A DNA stretch of 64,000 bases, from positions 62,001-126,000 of the IMG/VR virus record IMGVR_UViG_3300049846_000628. One strand, 5' to 3'. Position 1 is the first letter of the stretch; each line of letters begins with the position of its first letter. Positions 55,701 to 64,000 of the stretch are shown piece after piece. The position numbers were made by a program, and so were the translations under genes. The notes under the pieces were generated by a model that did not search any database, was not told the DNA's origin, and worked only from the letters and a program-made list of their open reading frames with translations.

Positions 55701-58700
55701 TCCTGAAATGTTATAAGATCCATTATAAACACTGTTCACAAATGAAATTTGCGAGTAGTTTGTAACTTCAGTATCGGCAGTGCTAATATATCCAGATTTT
55801 TCTAAATTATAGAATAACTTAGATGGGAATCCAGAACTATAATTTATAGTCAATGATGCTGTAGTAGATACACCTACAGTTCCTACTCCAGAAACTGAGA
55901 AAGTATTTGTAGATCCAGTAGAAACAAATTCATCCTTAAAGGTGTTATCATAGAATATTTTAAAGTTGTATCCAGATAGAGAAGAATCTGATAAATCAAA
56001 TACTACATTATTATTAGCAACTACATTTAGTGATGGGTTGATAGGAGATATCTGATGTGTAGCAGATGGAGCACTTGTTATACCAACAACAAGTGGTGGA
56101 GTGCTAGTAGAATCAATTAAAGTATCACATAATTTAATGTTATCATTATCAACCTTATAGATGTAGTAGAAACCTGTCGTTAATCCAGATGCAGGTACAG
56201 TGCTTGAATATAAAATCTTATCACCAGTAGTAAAGGTGTGATTTTGTATTGTAATCTGATTCGTTACCGTATTGATTCCAGATGAGTCGAATGATACGGG
56301 ATTAATGATTAATCTTTCTCTGATAGAATCATACTTAACTTTAATCGCTAATGATGTTCCAATACCAACAGATAGATTTGGTTTTACCTCTAAATCAACT
56401 TTATCTCCAGATAGAAGTCCGTGAGATGTTGAAATTGAAACGGTAGATTTAATACTATCAACATCACCCTTTATCTGTGGGTAATTTGATTGAATTGAAT
56501 ACTGATAACTATCTGTACCATTATTTCTAAAGAACAGTCCACTAGTGGAGGTAGTTAATCCAATTTGAGTAACAATTCCAATATGATCAACAGATTTCTT
56601 AATTACATATACTATCTGCTGATCCCCAGAGAATGGTAAATCAAATGCAGTGCTTGTAGATGTATCAGATACTGAAATAGGTGAAGAAGATGGTAACTTT
56701 CTAAGAACTACTTGCTGATTGGTTGTAAAAGGATGATTTGGTAAGTAAATGGACCGTGTTGGAATTGATGTTGGGATATTACGAGTTCCAATTACAAAAG
56801 TGGTTGAAACTCCAACTCCAGAGGTAGTACCAACACCAACAGACTGTTTAGGATTGAAGTAATAGGTATCGTTTACCTTTGAATCAAAATAAGAAACCGA
56901 CTTATCAATCGTAAAAGTATTGGGGATGTAATTTACTACAGTTGTTGCAGTATGAGCAGCTCCAGTAGTTTCTCTTACAACTCTAAGAACACTATCTTCA
57001 TTAAAGATATTGATGACTGATAGGGTTTCTTGTTCAATTTTTATAGAACTTCCTATAGAAATGTTGTCTGGAATTCTATTTACATAGATGTCTGTAACTA
57101 CACCAGCAACAGAGTATGCTGGAATATCTTTTGATAGTGAAGAAGTGTAAGATGTAACTCCAATCTGACTAAATCCATTAAGTGGAGATAGTTCTGTAGA
57201 GAATCCAGAAATTGTTACATAATCTAAGTTGTTTAGAGTGTGATATGGATCAATAGTTACTTTTACCTGATCGCCACCATTCCAAGTGAATACTACATCA
57301 TCATAAGAAGTTACATTAGTATTAATATTATCAATTTGCTTGCCTGTTACTTCAGAAATTTGAGCGGAAAGACCAGATCCACCAGTGTTACTTTGATCAA
57401 ATTGAACTGAGTCGCCAATTTTATATCCATCACCTTCATCAATTATTTCATAAGAAACAACAGGTCCAGAAGTTACAGAATCTACTACGGTTATTTGATT
57501 GATAATATCATTAGACTCAATGATAAAATCATTCCCAGCAAATTCTTCGTTTACCTTGTATGGTAGTGTGTTTCTGATTAGATTAGATTCGTTAAAATCA
57601 AAAGTTTGATCTAAACTACTATTTTCAGAAATAAACTTAGATCTATACTTATTACCGATAAAGTATGGGAACTGTCCTATAACATTTCCAAAAATGTCTT
57701 GGGTTGATGTTGCAAAGTATGCATATACACCATTAGGAAATTCTGGTGTTACACAATATCTTCCATTATACTCATCAAGATCTCCAGTATTAGTAAATTT
57801 ATAGTCATCTACAAAGAATCCAGGATCAAATCCAGATGGTCTATTTTGGATATTTGAGGTGTTTAAAGTATAACCAGAAACTAGACTCTTGATATCTGAG
57901 TTTTCGTCATCTGGATCAGAGTATCCATATGATCCATAAATTGGATTTCCATCATACGCCCATCCAATAATTGGGGAGTGTTGAGTTCCATCATCAGAGA
58001 ATTGATCTTGAATATCTTGAGAATATCCAGATATTGTATATTGTAAATTATTAAGAGATGAAATAAGAATATCATCAGCAGTTTCTCTTATAGAGTTTTC
58101 TTTTCCATATAAGAGATTTTTATTAATAGTTAAAGCTCTTACTTGAGGATTGAAAATTTGATTCTTACCAGATGCTTCAACAACGATCGTTGTAGTAGAA
58201 GCAGTATATCCTACACCTGGATTTATTACAACTGCATCTGTAAGTTTATTATTTACAATAACGGGCTTGATAAGAGCACCAGTTCCACTACCATAAACTT
58301 TGATCTCAGGTGTTGAATAATATTCAGAACCACTGTATTGGACAGTAACGTCTTCAATACGTCCATTTATAATTACTGGTTTTAGTTGAGCATTCTTACC
58401 ATTCTTAACAAGGATCTTTGGTTTCTTATGTAAGTTTAGGATGTTTGATCCATAATCAGATCCCTTTTCATAGACATATACATCAACAATACTACCTCTC
58501 ACAATTGGTGTAGTTTCAATTTGACCAACAGGTTGAGTGCTTCCAACACCTGCGATACTATACTGTACTGATAATGAAATATCTGGATAACTGAAAACTT
58601 GATATCCTGAACCAGTGCTTCCAAACTTTACATAATTTTTTCTCAAATAATTTGAAGTATTTGTTCCTGCTACTCCAGCATTTGTAATTCTGAAGGTATC

Positions 58701-61691
58701 ATTATCTACTTTAAGAACGTAGTATTGATTTGATGTTGAAACTCCAGAGATAGAAACTGGGACTGTTGTACCAACACCAACTGCAGTAGAATAAGTAATT
58801 AAATCACCATCAGAAAATCCGTGGTTTTTAAATTCTACTGTGCTGTTAACAGTTGAAATACCTAATGGATTTACTCTGAGTTTTCTGTTCTCATATCCAC
58901 TTCCGGGATTAATAACTTTAATCTGAGTCAAAGTCTTTTTAAGGTCTGTTTCAAATTTATGAATACCAGAATTACCTATTGTAGTAAATCCTACAGTATT
59001 AATTCCAGATCTATAATCTGATAAAGTCTGATAAATTTGAATTGTATTATTACTAATATATTTGGTAAAATATGTTGCACCCTTTCTAAGAGTCAGACCA
59101 CTATCAACGTCAAGTCCACCAAATGTTCCTATACCAATCAATGAATTATTTTCAGGATTGTATGTAATTTCCTGACCATCAATTAGTCCGTGAGGATTTA
59201 AAAATGTAATAGTTTCATTAGTAATGTCTAGACCACCACCAAATCCAATTTGTCTAGCATCAAATTCAATTCCTCTTTTTCTTGTCTCAATTACGGGTTC
59301 AAATGTTGCTCCTTTTCCATTTCCTCCAGTAACTGCAATAGACACGATTGCATTAATATCAAAGTCTTGTGGATTTACATAAATCTTTTCAAATGATCCT
59401 CTAACAACTGGCTGAAGAAGCGCCCCACCCGAGGACGGGGTGAGTAAAGGTGGATTTATTACATCAAATCCTGTTCCACCATTTAAAACTTGAACTGATT
59501 CAAGTGGACCATAATAAACTTTTTCATTTGTTTTATATCCACTAATTTCAACACCATTAACCAGCATTCCAACAAATGATACTGGCGTTAAATCTGAATC
59601 ACCATCAGCAATATTAACATTTAGTGGAAACTTTCTTAGAATCTTTTGTGGTGAGATGATAGATTCTTTTTGACTATTCAGGGTAAAATTATGAGTTCCT
59701 GAAGTTAAACTTCCAAATTGAACGTAACTATCAGATCCTATGAAAGATCTTGAACGATATAGTCTAATTTGACGCTCATCATTAATTACTTCAACGTAGT
59801 ATACCCCTTCAGATAACCCAAACATTGCGGTTCCTGATGGTTTGTAGTATACTTCAGATCCAGTATAGAATGAAACTTTATCAATGAAGTTTATGATGGA
59901 GTAGTAACCAGTGGTTACATCTTGACCTGAAACTGATGAAGCATTATAACTAAAGATTTCTGTAGAAATTTCATAGGAAGGCAATGAGTTTGATGCAACA
60001 TACATATACTCATTGTTCTCATTATATACATTTTGAACATCACCAGTTATGTTTGAATACTCAAGTGGTATTTGAGAAGATGTAGCAACTAGTAATTTTC
60101 TTCTGATATCATATTCAAAAGACTGATTAAGGGTAAAAGTTCCATCAGTTGTAACCTGTCTATCATTAATTTGGGTTACTGTTAGGTCGGAAGCTATTAC
60201 AACTTCACTATCCCTACTTAAAATTTCAATAATATCTCCAACTTTTAGACTTGATTTATCAATATTACTCTTTAAAGTGACCTGAGATATTGTTCCAGAT
60301 GCAAAAGTATCAATCTGGTATCTTGAACTGGTGTTATATGTCCAACTATTTGCAAAAATTTCTTTGTATGTTGAATCTTCTACTGGGTTTTCAATGATTT
60401 CACCCAGATTTTTAACAGAAATTTCTTCACCAACATCAATTGAAGATGATTGTGTGATTGAATTGAATCCAGATAAGACACCGGTGATTCTTAGTTCAAC
60501 AAGTTTATTTGGATCTCCGTTTTCAAATCCATAATAAGTTTCATCTGATCTTACATTATCAGTAGGATTTATCTCTTCATCAATACCTGAGCATCCAAAG
60601 AATTGATTTATACTCTTACTGGTATATGTGATTACATTATTACCTGAATATAATGTACCAGACTCTGGGAATCCAATAGTAGAATCTACAGTAATAACCT
60701 CACCTTCTACGGGAACAGTTTCAATTACCTTTGTGCTAGCAGTAATTCCAAATGTTCCAGTAATTGTTGGGGAAGCATCGTCATACCCAACAAATAAAAA
60801 TAGTTTGTAATAGACTTTCTGCCCTCTTCTAATAATTTCTACTTCAGATACAGATGCAGTTGTAGAATCATCTGTAGTCTTTTTAATTGTTTGTCCAGAT
60901 AGTAGCAGAGGATTTCCAGAAATTCTTTCAGCAACGATAACCAATCTTCTTACATAATTTGCAGAAGATGGCTTAAGGAGTGAATTTTCTAAGTTAATAA
61001 CCTTTGGAGTTTCTCCAAACAGGACATTAAAAAGGATTCTAAAAGATTCTTCAGTTCCTTTTGCTTGATATAAAGTTCTTGATTCTTTTATGAAGTTTCC
61101 TACGTTTAGATCAGGAACAAAATTTAGATTTTCTAGACCAGGTGTAAAGGAATACTTTAATTTTTTATAGAATTCTTTTAAGAATAGGGAACTTAAATTG
61201 GTTACAGTGTTATTTGCACTGTGTGCCGAAGCCTGTGAAGTTTTAAAGATTAAATCACCAACATAATTTGTTGTGTTGGTGGTTGTAATTCCTGCATTAT
61301 ATGTGGTAATTCCGCTGAATCCACGAACACATCCAGTAAATGTGTTTGTTGTGATTCCGGTGTAAGTGATTATCTCATCATCAATCTTAAATAGACCATA
61401 GGATTGTGGGAATCCCTTGGTGCTAGACACTTGAATTGTGCTAGCAGTTGAAGAAATACCAGTAGTAAGTTTTGTAGATCCAACTACGACTTCTGGTATT
61501 AAGTTATCAATTTTTAAATATTGATCAAGGTTATCCGAAATATCAATCGGACCACCTTGATACTCTTGAGAAATATAGTATTGTTTTAAGAACTCTGACG
61601 CCTTTGGGTTTTCATCTAATATAAATTCTGGAAGTTGGCTATCAATAATTTGCTGTATCTTAACCCTAGATTCAAAACCAGTTTGTATCAT
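49776..61691 (-). CDS. gp7: Very large baseplate wedge initiator (gp7-like)
   Basis: 3971 aa uninterrupted; FIKESRTLYQAKGTEESFRILFNVLFG, HSPIIGWAYDGNPIYG, LDEYNGRYCVTPEFPNGVYAYF and DNDYYQNLSYSVRS; between gp6 and gp8. Confidence 0.85.
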   Translation of the reverse strand: MIQTGFESRVKIQQIIDSQLPEFILDENPKASEFLKQYYISQEYQGGPIDISDNLDQYLKIDNLIPEVVVGSTKLTTGISSTASTIQVSSTKGFPQSYGLFKIDDEIITYTGITTNTFTGCVRGFSGITTYNAGITTTNTTNYVGDLIFKTSQASAHSANNTVTNLSSLFLKEFYKKLKYSFTPGLENLNFVPDLNVGNFIKESRTLYQAKGTEESFRILFNVLFGETPKVINLENSLLKPSSANYVRRLVIVAERISGNPLLLSGQTIKKTTDDSTTASVSEVEIIRRGQKVYYKLFLFVGYDDASPTITGTFGITASTKVIETVPVEGEVITVDSTIGFPESGTLYSGNNVITYTSKSINQFFGCSGIDEEINPTDNVRSDETYYGFENGDPNKLVELRITGVLSGFNSITQSSSIDVGEEISVKNLGEIIENPVEDSTYKEIFANSWTYNTSSRYQIDTFASGTISQVTLKSNIDKSSLKVGDIIEILSRDSEVVIASDLTVTQINDRQVTTDGTFTLNQSFEYDIRRKLLVATSSQIPLEYSNITGDVQNVYNENNEYMYVASNSLPSYEISTEIFSYNASSVSGQDVTTGYYSIINFIDKVSFYTGSEVYYKPSGTAMFGLSEGVYYVEVINDERQIRLYRSRSFIGSDSYVQFGSLTSGTHNFTLNSQKESIISPQKILRKFPLNVNIADGDSDLTPVSFVGMLVNGVEISGYKTNEKVYYGPLESVQVLNGGTGFDVINPPLLTPSSGGALLQPVVRGSFEKIYVNPQDFDINAIVSIAVTGGNGKGATFEPVIETRKRGIEFDARQIGFGGGLDITNETITFLNPHGLIDGQEITYNPENNSLIGIGTFGGLDVDSGLTLRKGATYFTKYISNNTIQIYQTLSDYRSGINTVGFTTIGNSGIHKFETDLKKTLTQIKVINPGSGYENRKLRVNPLGISTVNSTVEFKNHGFSDGDLITYSTAVGVGTTVPVSISGVSTSNQYYVLKVDNDTFRITNAGVAGTNTSNYLRKNYVKFGSTGSGYQVFSYPDISLSVQYSIAGVGSTQPVGQIETTPIVRGSIVDVYVYEKGSDYGSNILNLHKKPKILVKNGKNAQLKPVIINGRIEDVTVQYSGSEYYSTPEIKVYGSGTGALIKPVIVNNKLTDAVVINPGVGYTASTTTIVVEASGKNQIFNPQVRALTINKNLLYGKENSIRETADDILISSLNNLQYTISGYSQDIQDQFSDDGTQHSPIIGWAYDGNPIYGSYGYSDPDDENSDIKSLVSGYTLNTSNIQNRPSGFDPGFFVDDYKFTNTGDLDEYNGRYCVTPEFPNGVYAYFATSTQDIFGNVIGQFPYFIGNKYRSKFISENSSLDQTFDFNESNLIRNTLPYKVNEEFAGNDFIIESNDIINQITVVDSVTSGPVVSYEIIDEGDGYKIGDSVQFDQSNTGGSGLSAQISEVTGKQIDNINTNVTSYDDVVFTWNGGDQVKVTIDPYHTLNNLDYVTISGFSTELSPLNGFSQIGVTSYTSSLSKDIPAYSVAGVVTDIYVNRIPDNISIGSSIKIEQETLSVINIFNEDSVLRVVRETTGAAHTATTVVNYIPNTFTIDKSVSYFDSKVNDTYYFNPKQSVGVGTTSGVGVSTTFVIGTRNIPTSIPTRSIYLPNHPFTTNQQVVLRKLPSSSPISVSDTSTSTAFDLPFSGDQQIVYVIKKSVDHIGIVTQIGLTTSTSGLFFRNNGTDSYQYSIQSNYPQIKGDVDSIKSTVSISTSHGLLSGDKVDLEVKPNLSVGIGTSLAIKVKYDSIRERLIINPVSFDSSGINTVTNQITIQNHTFTTGDKILYSSTVPASGLTTGFYYIYKVDNDNIKLCDTLIDSTSTPPLVVGITSAPSATHQISPINPSLNVVANNNVVFDLSDSSLSGYNFKIFYDNTFKDEFVSTGSTNTFSVSGVGTVGVSTTASLTINYSSGFPSKLFYNLEKSGYISTADTEVTNYSQISFVNSVYNGSYNISGVGTTTFVISLQQLPENLTYNYSDCDILKYKTTSRTASGGISKIRTISPGVNFKKIPSFVGTDSINGRGAYVVAKSESIGKINQIRIVNEGFEYPSDKTLRPAASIASLLTIKNSNTISEIEVTNNGKNYVSAPNLIVVDSETGSRIDSGLLVANLSGTSIISVDIDQEPKGLPSTPVTIRAINNTNGVGINTITSSSSGIVTCYLVTPLSGFGTEPFSVGDRIYVEGVQKYSNDGDGFNSDNYGYRFFTVITYENGGTLLPRKLEYSLSGLSTNIGIAKTVQDASSFIVNYKDYPQFEVTQTYSPFIVGETLSVRNETGFEIQDLKVVQDNENYIKVSGDYKISAGQVVRGVQSGNIATINSVQTNTGNFGIDYGSRQDIGWSDDIGKLDEDSQVIPDNDYYQNLSYSVRSNQEWVDIVSPVNSILHPIGLKNFADTTITQSVGVGSTAASESTTILYDIIDENRVDTINNFDLVVDIDTVGSTSRFLKLKNKKLADYIECRTNRVLAIDDISAEFSSSEGNVETFANVLSIDKSDRYNLFIVQITSSDYSQIQLTELVVINDEDDVYTLEKGSISNLDTKIGDVEGYVDSYGEFNLKFTPYDPYNTDYKIKILSDNFSTFFSGIGTYSVGFVDLIGSNAIVSPGITTSLISKSVSKFETLHSQVHILNNTTNEMNYVELYVDHNGTDTNISEFYFDSNSEYSGTFIGSFGASISGGILTLNYTNTSSNDIIVRSKNIGFNTTGSGIGTYRFKKTGQIDGFEGTVNYLSNFSTVSSASTVVSLDTTLFASVKSVVRVSIGQTSALHQVMMIVDDIDTYTVQYPFLSIGSTSGIGSFGGSISGSTASLIFYPDTNISGSFEILSFNEKFYTVTDEINQPNDLEYASIINSVHTANYYGLNSDNLNRLNFDLRYQGYPIFMKEFDPTDSTVLNPATGEFSIENHFFNTGEELIYRPTSTFLGVGATSVGIGSTLNSVGVVTDRLPTTVFAYKVNNDVFKLSTRKEYATAGICVTFTSLGEGNAHQLEMVKKNEKSIITLDNVVQYPISYSLINTTLNNKAPIGAATTIFALSGISSINVNDLIKIDNEYMKVNNVGLGTTTLGPISFSGSVPLVQVQRGFVGSSATSHTDASAVNVYRGSFNIAGNQIFFTNPPQGIIEDQLGPDVDNLSEARSSFNGRVFLRKDYTTNQIFDDISERFTGIGQTYTLSSQGISTVGFGTTGGNGIVFINGVFQTPTTQNNLSNNYSIVENTNLGISSIVFSGITSTNGSVIISQSDVNMNQLPRGGVIISLGSTTGVGYAPLVGASVTAIVGAGGSIVSIGIGSTGNYGSGYRNPVSIAITESGHTGTAATISAIVGAGGTLAFNIVGGGSGYVNPTINISSPNYENLPVIGVSRLGVGATTDTGVGLLLNVEVGASSTVGVGSTLFEVTGFSVTRSGYGFKKGDVITPVGLVTDFGLPSPVSQFQLTVLDTFTDSFAAWQFGELDYIDSVKDYQDGSRTRFPLFYNSQLLSFEKNSSDPDSQLIDFDALLIIFVNGVIQEPKVAYQFTGGTSFTFTEAPKPEDDVAIFFYRGSSLDSSFRDVNETLKIGDDVQVYSNNALLQSTTTQNSRVISNIPSSDKIQTNLYILQGIDTVNEKPLSWTKQKVDKIIDGGIVSKARDSIEPQIYPTAKIIGNITSSDSSIYVDNAEFFNYENVSPGSINFNAIIISGAPDPVSAAVTATVSVAGTISSLTINNPGSGYIGSAVTVSISAPPSIGVGIGTTATATISIVNGSLSTVSITNPGFGYTAGIVPQVLVPLPDPTYENISNVTTVQGFSGNVVGIATTVGIGTNLAIKFTLDPSLSPFTNLSVNQPIYVFDTFVGNGVTSIVNTDSAKVGVGTTFLDNIYYINAFNASVGIITCNVQSTTSIVGIATTGSSVGKFSWGKLSGFSRSSSPISIAVSAYNVDAGLSTFPTVQRRGYGLRDIGPIKKTL

Positions 61692-61692
61692 A

Positions 61693-63615
61693 TTACGACC
61701 TCGTTAGTTCTCCGTTTGAATAGCTTGATCTATAAGAATCTTTAGTAAATACAACTCCAGATATATCATCACCAGAAGCAATTACGTCTTTAACCATATT
61801 TATTGTGCTTTTTGAAACATCAAATGAGACATAAAGATTCTTAAGTCCAATCACATCATTTGATTCTGGATATGCTTGAATTTCAATAATATCCCCAGAA
61901 AGGTCCGTTGATGTTATGTTAATTGATCCGATAAGGATCTCACCAGTCTCATAGTTAACAGTTCCTGCAGATTGAACAACTACTGATGTTTTTATCACAG
62001 ATGTTGTTCCATCTTCTGCAGTAACAGAGTATGGTTTTACGATTGAAATGATACCAGTCTTGAGATCTGAGTTGGGAGTATCTGTGAAGAAAACGGTATC
62101 TGATACTCCAAACAGATTAAATCCAGTTGATTTGATGTTATATCCAGATTCCTTTACGTGGAACTGATTACCAAAGCAAATTTCATATTGGGTTAGTCTA
62201 TTAATTTGTGCCTTTAAGTCTCTTCTGATTCTAACCTTTGTGATATTAGATGTGATTGCAGAATCAGTGTTATCAATAACTTGAAGTACTTTACTATACT
62301 TGAATCTACCACCAAACGCATTCAAGTTAGGTGATGCTGCATAAGTATTCAGAGAGTTGATTACTCTATTTCTGAGATCATCGACGGTTGATACTTGTGA
62401 GTAGTTATAGTAGATTGAAGAATCTACTTCCACATATAGCGTCTGTAGGTCAACAATTTGAGGTTCTATACCAGCGATTGTGTACTGTCTTAACTTATTT
62501 TGAATTTGCTGTTTATTAAACTCAGATACGTATGAACCATTTTTTGGTTTGATGCTGATTATAACTTTACCAAATTGAGGTGGATCTAATTCTTCTCCAC
62601 CAACAACGGAAACAGATTCAGTATCTGGATATATTTTTGTCTTTATAATCGCCTCATAATCTCTTCCAGTAACAGCTCTGTACTGAGAAGAATATATTCT
62701 TGGTGCAAAGTATCTAATCGAATCAATGTTCTCAATGTTAGATCCATTTTGAGATCTTTGATTTGTAGAAACTACAATAGTATTTGTTGGAATAATTGTA
62801 TTTCCTGAGGAAGCTTTCAGAGTTCCTGCGAAGGAGAATGAATTGACTCCATTACCATCCTCACCATCAGTCACAATGTATGTGACTGTGATTACAGATC
62901 CATTTTCTAATTTCTTACCAAACTTTCCATCACCAAATAAAATTTGATATTTTTCATCCTTGATTTCTTGAATCAGATAGATTTCAGAAGTACCGTCTAT
63001 ATCAAAAATATTATCAGCAACTGAATATTCTCTACCTAATCCAGTATCACTTAATCCTTTTACATATACAACAATTGTTGAAGTATCAATAAAAGAGTTA
63101 TCTAAGATAAATTTCTGATCTAATGATCCATCAACTACAAATTGTTTTCTTAAAAACGTTCCTTGCTTGATTCTAACGTTATTAAATGCTGCGATCCCGT
63201 TTACAACACTTGCAGAAACATTCTCTGGAGAAGAGAACACATAAGATGTATTTTCTGTGTTACCAGTGCATACTAGACCCGCCTGTAAGGTCAGTGTAGA
63301 AGTACTTACTGTAGTACTCACGTCAAATGAAACAACCGCCTCAGAGGCAATCCTGGAGCGTGGTACGTACCCAATATTTCTTGCTAGAGAAACAACATTC
63401 TCTCTCAGAGTTGCAGAATCTAAGAAAGATTCGTTTACAACTAAGTTAGAGTTAAATGCTGTAATATAAGTGTTATATGCTAGAGTGTCGATTAAAACTG
63501 AGAAGTTAGATCCTTCAAAATCAAAGTCGGTGAATGTAGAATTCGCACGTAAATAATCTTTAATTGAAGCTTTAATCTGATCAAAGTCTAGATTGGAAAA
63601 CTTAGTAAAAGGCAT
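61693..63615 (-). CDS. gp6: Baseplate wedge subunit
   Basis: LDFDQIKASIKDYLR, DFEGSNFSVLIDTLAYNT, NESFLDSATLRENVVSLARNIGY and QYRAVTGRDY. Confidence 0.96.
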   Translation of the reverse strand: MPFTKFSNLDFDQIKASIKDYLRANSTFTDFDFEGSNFSVLIDTLAYNTYITAFNSNLVVNESFLDSATLRENVVSLARNIGYVPRSRIASEAVVSFDVSTTVSTSTLTLQAGLVCTGNTENTSYVFSSPENVSASVVNGIAAFNNVRIKQGTFLRKQFVVDGSLDQKFILDNSFIDTSTIVVYVKGLSDTGLGREYSVADNIFDIDGTSEIYLIQEIKDEKYQILFGDGKFGKKLENGSVITVTYIVTDGEDGNGVNSFSFAGTLKASSGNTIIPTNTIVVSTNQRSQNGSNIENIDSIRYFAPRIYSSQYRAVTGRDYEAIIKTKIYPDTESVSVVGGEELDPPQFGKVIISIKPKNGSYVSEFNKQQIQNKLRQYTIAGIEPQIVDLQTLYVEVDSSIYYNYSQVSTVDDLRNRVINSLNTYAASPNLNAFGGRFKYSKVLQVIDNTDSAITSNITKVRIRRDLKAQINRLTQYEICFGNQFHVKESGYNIKSTGFNLFGVSDTVFFTDTPNSDLKTGIISIVKPYSVTAEDGTTSVIKTSVVVQSAGTVNYETGEILIGSINITSTDLSGDIIEIQAYPESNDVIGLKNLYVSFDVSKSTINMVKDVIASGDDISGVVFTKDSYRSSYSNGELTRS

Positions 63616-63616
63616 T

Positions 63617-64000
63617 TTATCTTGTTGCCTCTAGAATGAATGAATATTGCTGTGATGGAATTTCTTGTCCGATGATGTTATAGAATATTGTAACTTCAAA
63701 CGCATTTTCATCAGGATTTGGATCAACATTCACTCGAACACTATTCACTCTTGGTTCAAAATTTTGAATAGTATTGATAATTTGATCTCTTATGACGCCA
63801 GCAGTACCATAATCAACAAAATCAAATAAACTTGAACGAACTTTTGACCCAAGAACAGAGTTAAAAAACCTTTCTGTAGGAATAGTTTCTACTAAATTGC
63901 GTATTGAACGCATAATAGCACGTTCATTATTCAAAACAGGCAGATCCTTTGTAACGGGATGTGGTTCAAAGGATAAACTAATATCTTTAAATGATCTAGA
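63617..64000 (-). CDS. gp25: Baseplate wedge subunit gp25, 5'-truncated at the window edge
   Basis: The frame stays open to the edge (SRSFKDISLSFEPHPVTKDLPVLNNERAI...); ERFFNSVLGS and IQNFEPRV. Confidence 0.9.
   Translation of the reverse strand, partial: SRSFKDISLSFEPHPVTKDLPVLNNERAIMRSIRNLVETIPTERFFNSVLGSKVRSSLFDFVDYGTAGVIRDQIINTIQNFEPRVNSVRVNVDPNPDENAFEVTIFYNIIGQEIPSQQYSFILEATR

Noticed and set aside
1-64000. CRISPR array, diversity-generating retroelement, or photosynthesis genes (psbA, hli)
   Set aside because: I saw no spaced direct repeats, reverse transcriptase or such ORFs; reading by eye could miss degenerate repeats inside the 12-kb gp7 gene.

Overview
This window is a core segment of a T4-like myovirus of the cyanophage type (probably Kyanoviridae-like). 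Essentially every real gene is on the minus strand. In transcription order (right to left) it holds: baseplate genes (gp25 truncated, gp6, gp7, gp8) and a 2398-aa VrlC/DUF4815-like virion protein; neck, tail-completion and packaging genes (gp13-gp17, with three extra genes between gp16 and gp17); tail sheath and tube, portal, prohead core/protease/scaffold, major capsid and gp3; uvsY, uvsW, gp55, gp47 and gp46; a vWA/CobS pair, gp45, a DenV-like gene, gp44, dam, gp62, regA, hsp20, gp43 and a truncated uvsX. Two free-standing homing-endonuclease-like genes are present (GIY-YIG and EndoVII-type). I found no rRNA, tRNA, CRISPR array, intron or intein. Four small ORFs below the ORF-track cutoff were read by hand; one resembles the phycobilisome-degradation adaptor NblA. 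The most interesting signals are: (i) the NblA-like ORF; (ii) late-promoter genes with T4 capsid-targeting-like N-termini or prohead-protease-like sites, a candidate packaged cargo set; (iii) late promoter plus translation-blocking hairpin switches at both endonucleases and uvsW; (iv) back-to-back sigma70 promoters sharing one palindromic -35 at gp55; (v) a possible fourU-like thermometer on hsp20; (vi) a dispersed G-[VI]-[GST]-T motif in tail and baseplate proteins. Family assignments come from recalled motifs and synteny; no database search was run.
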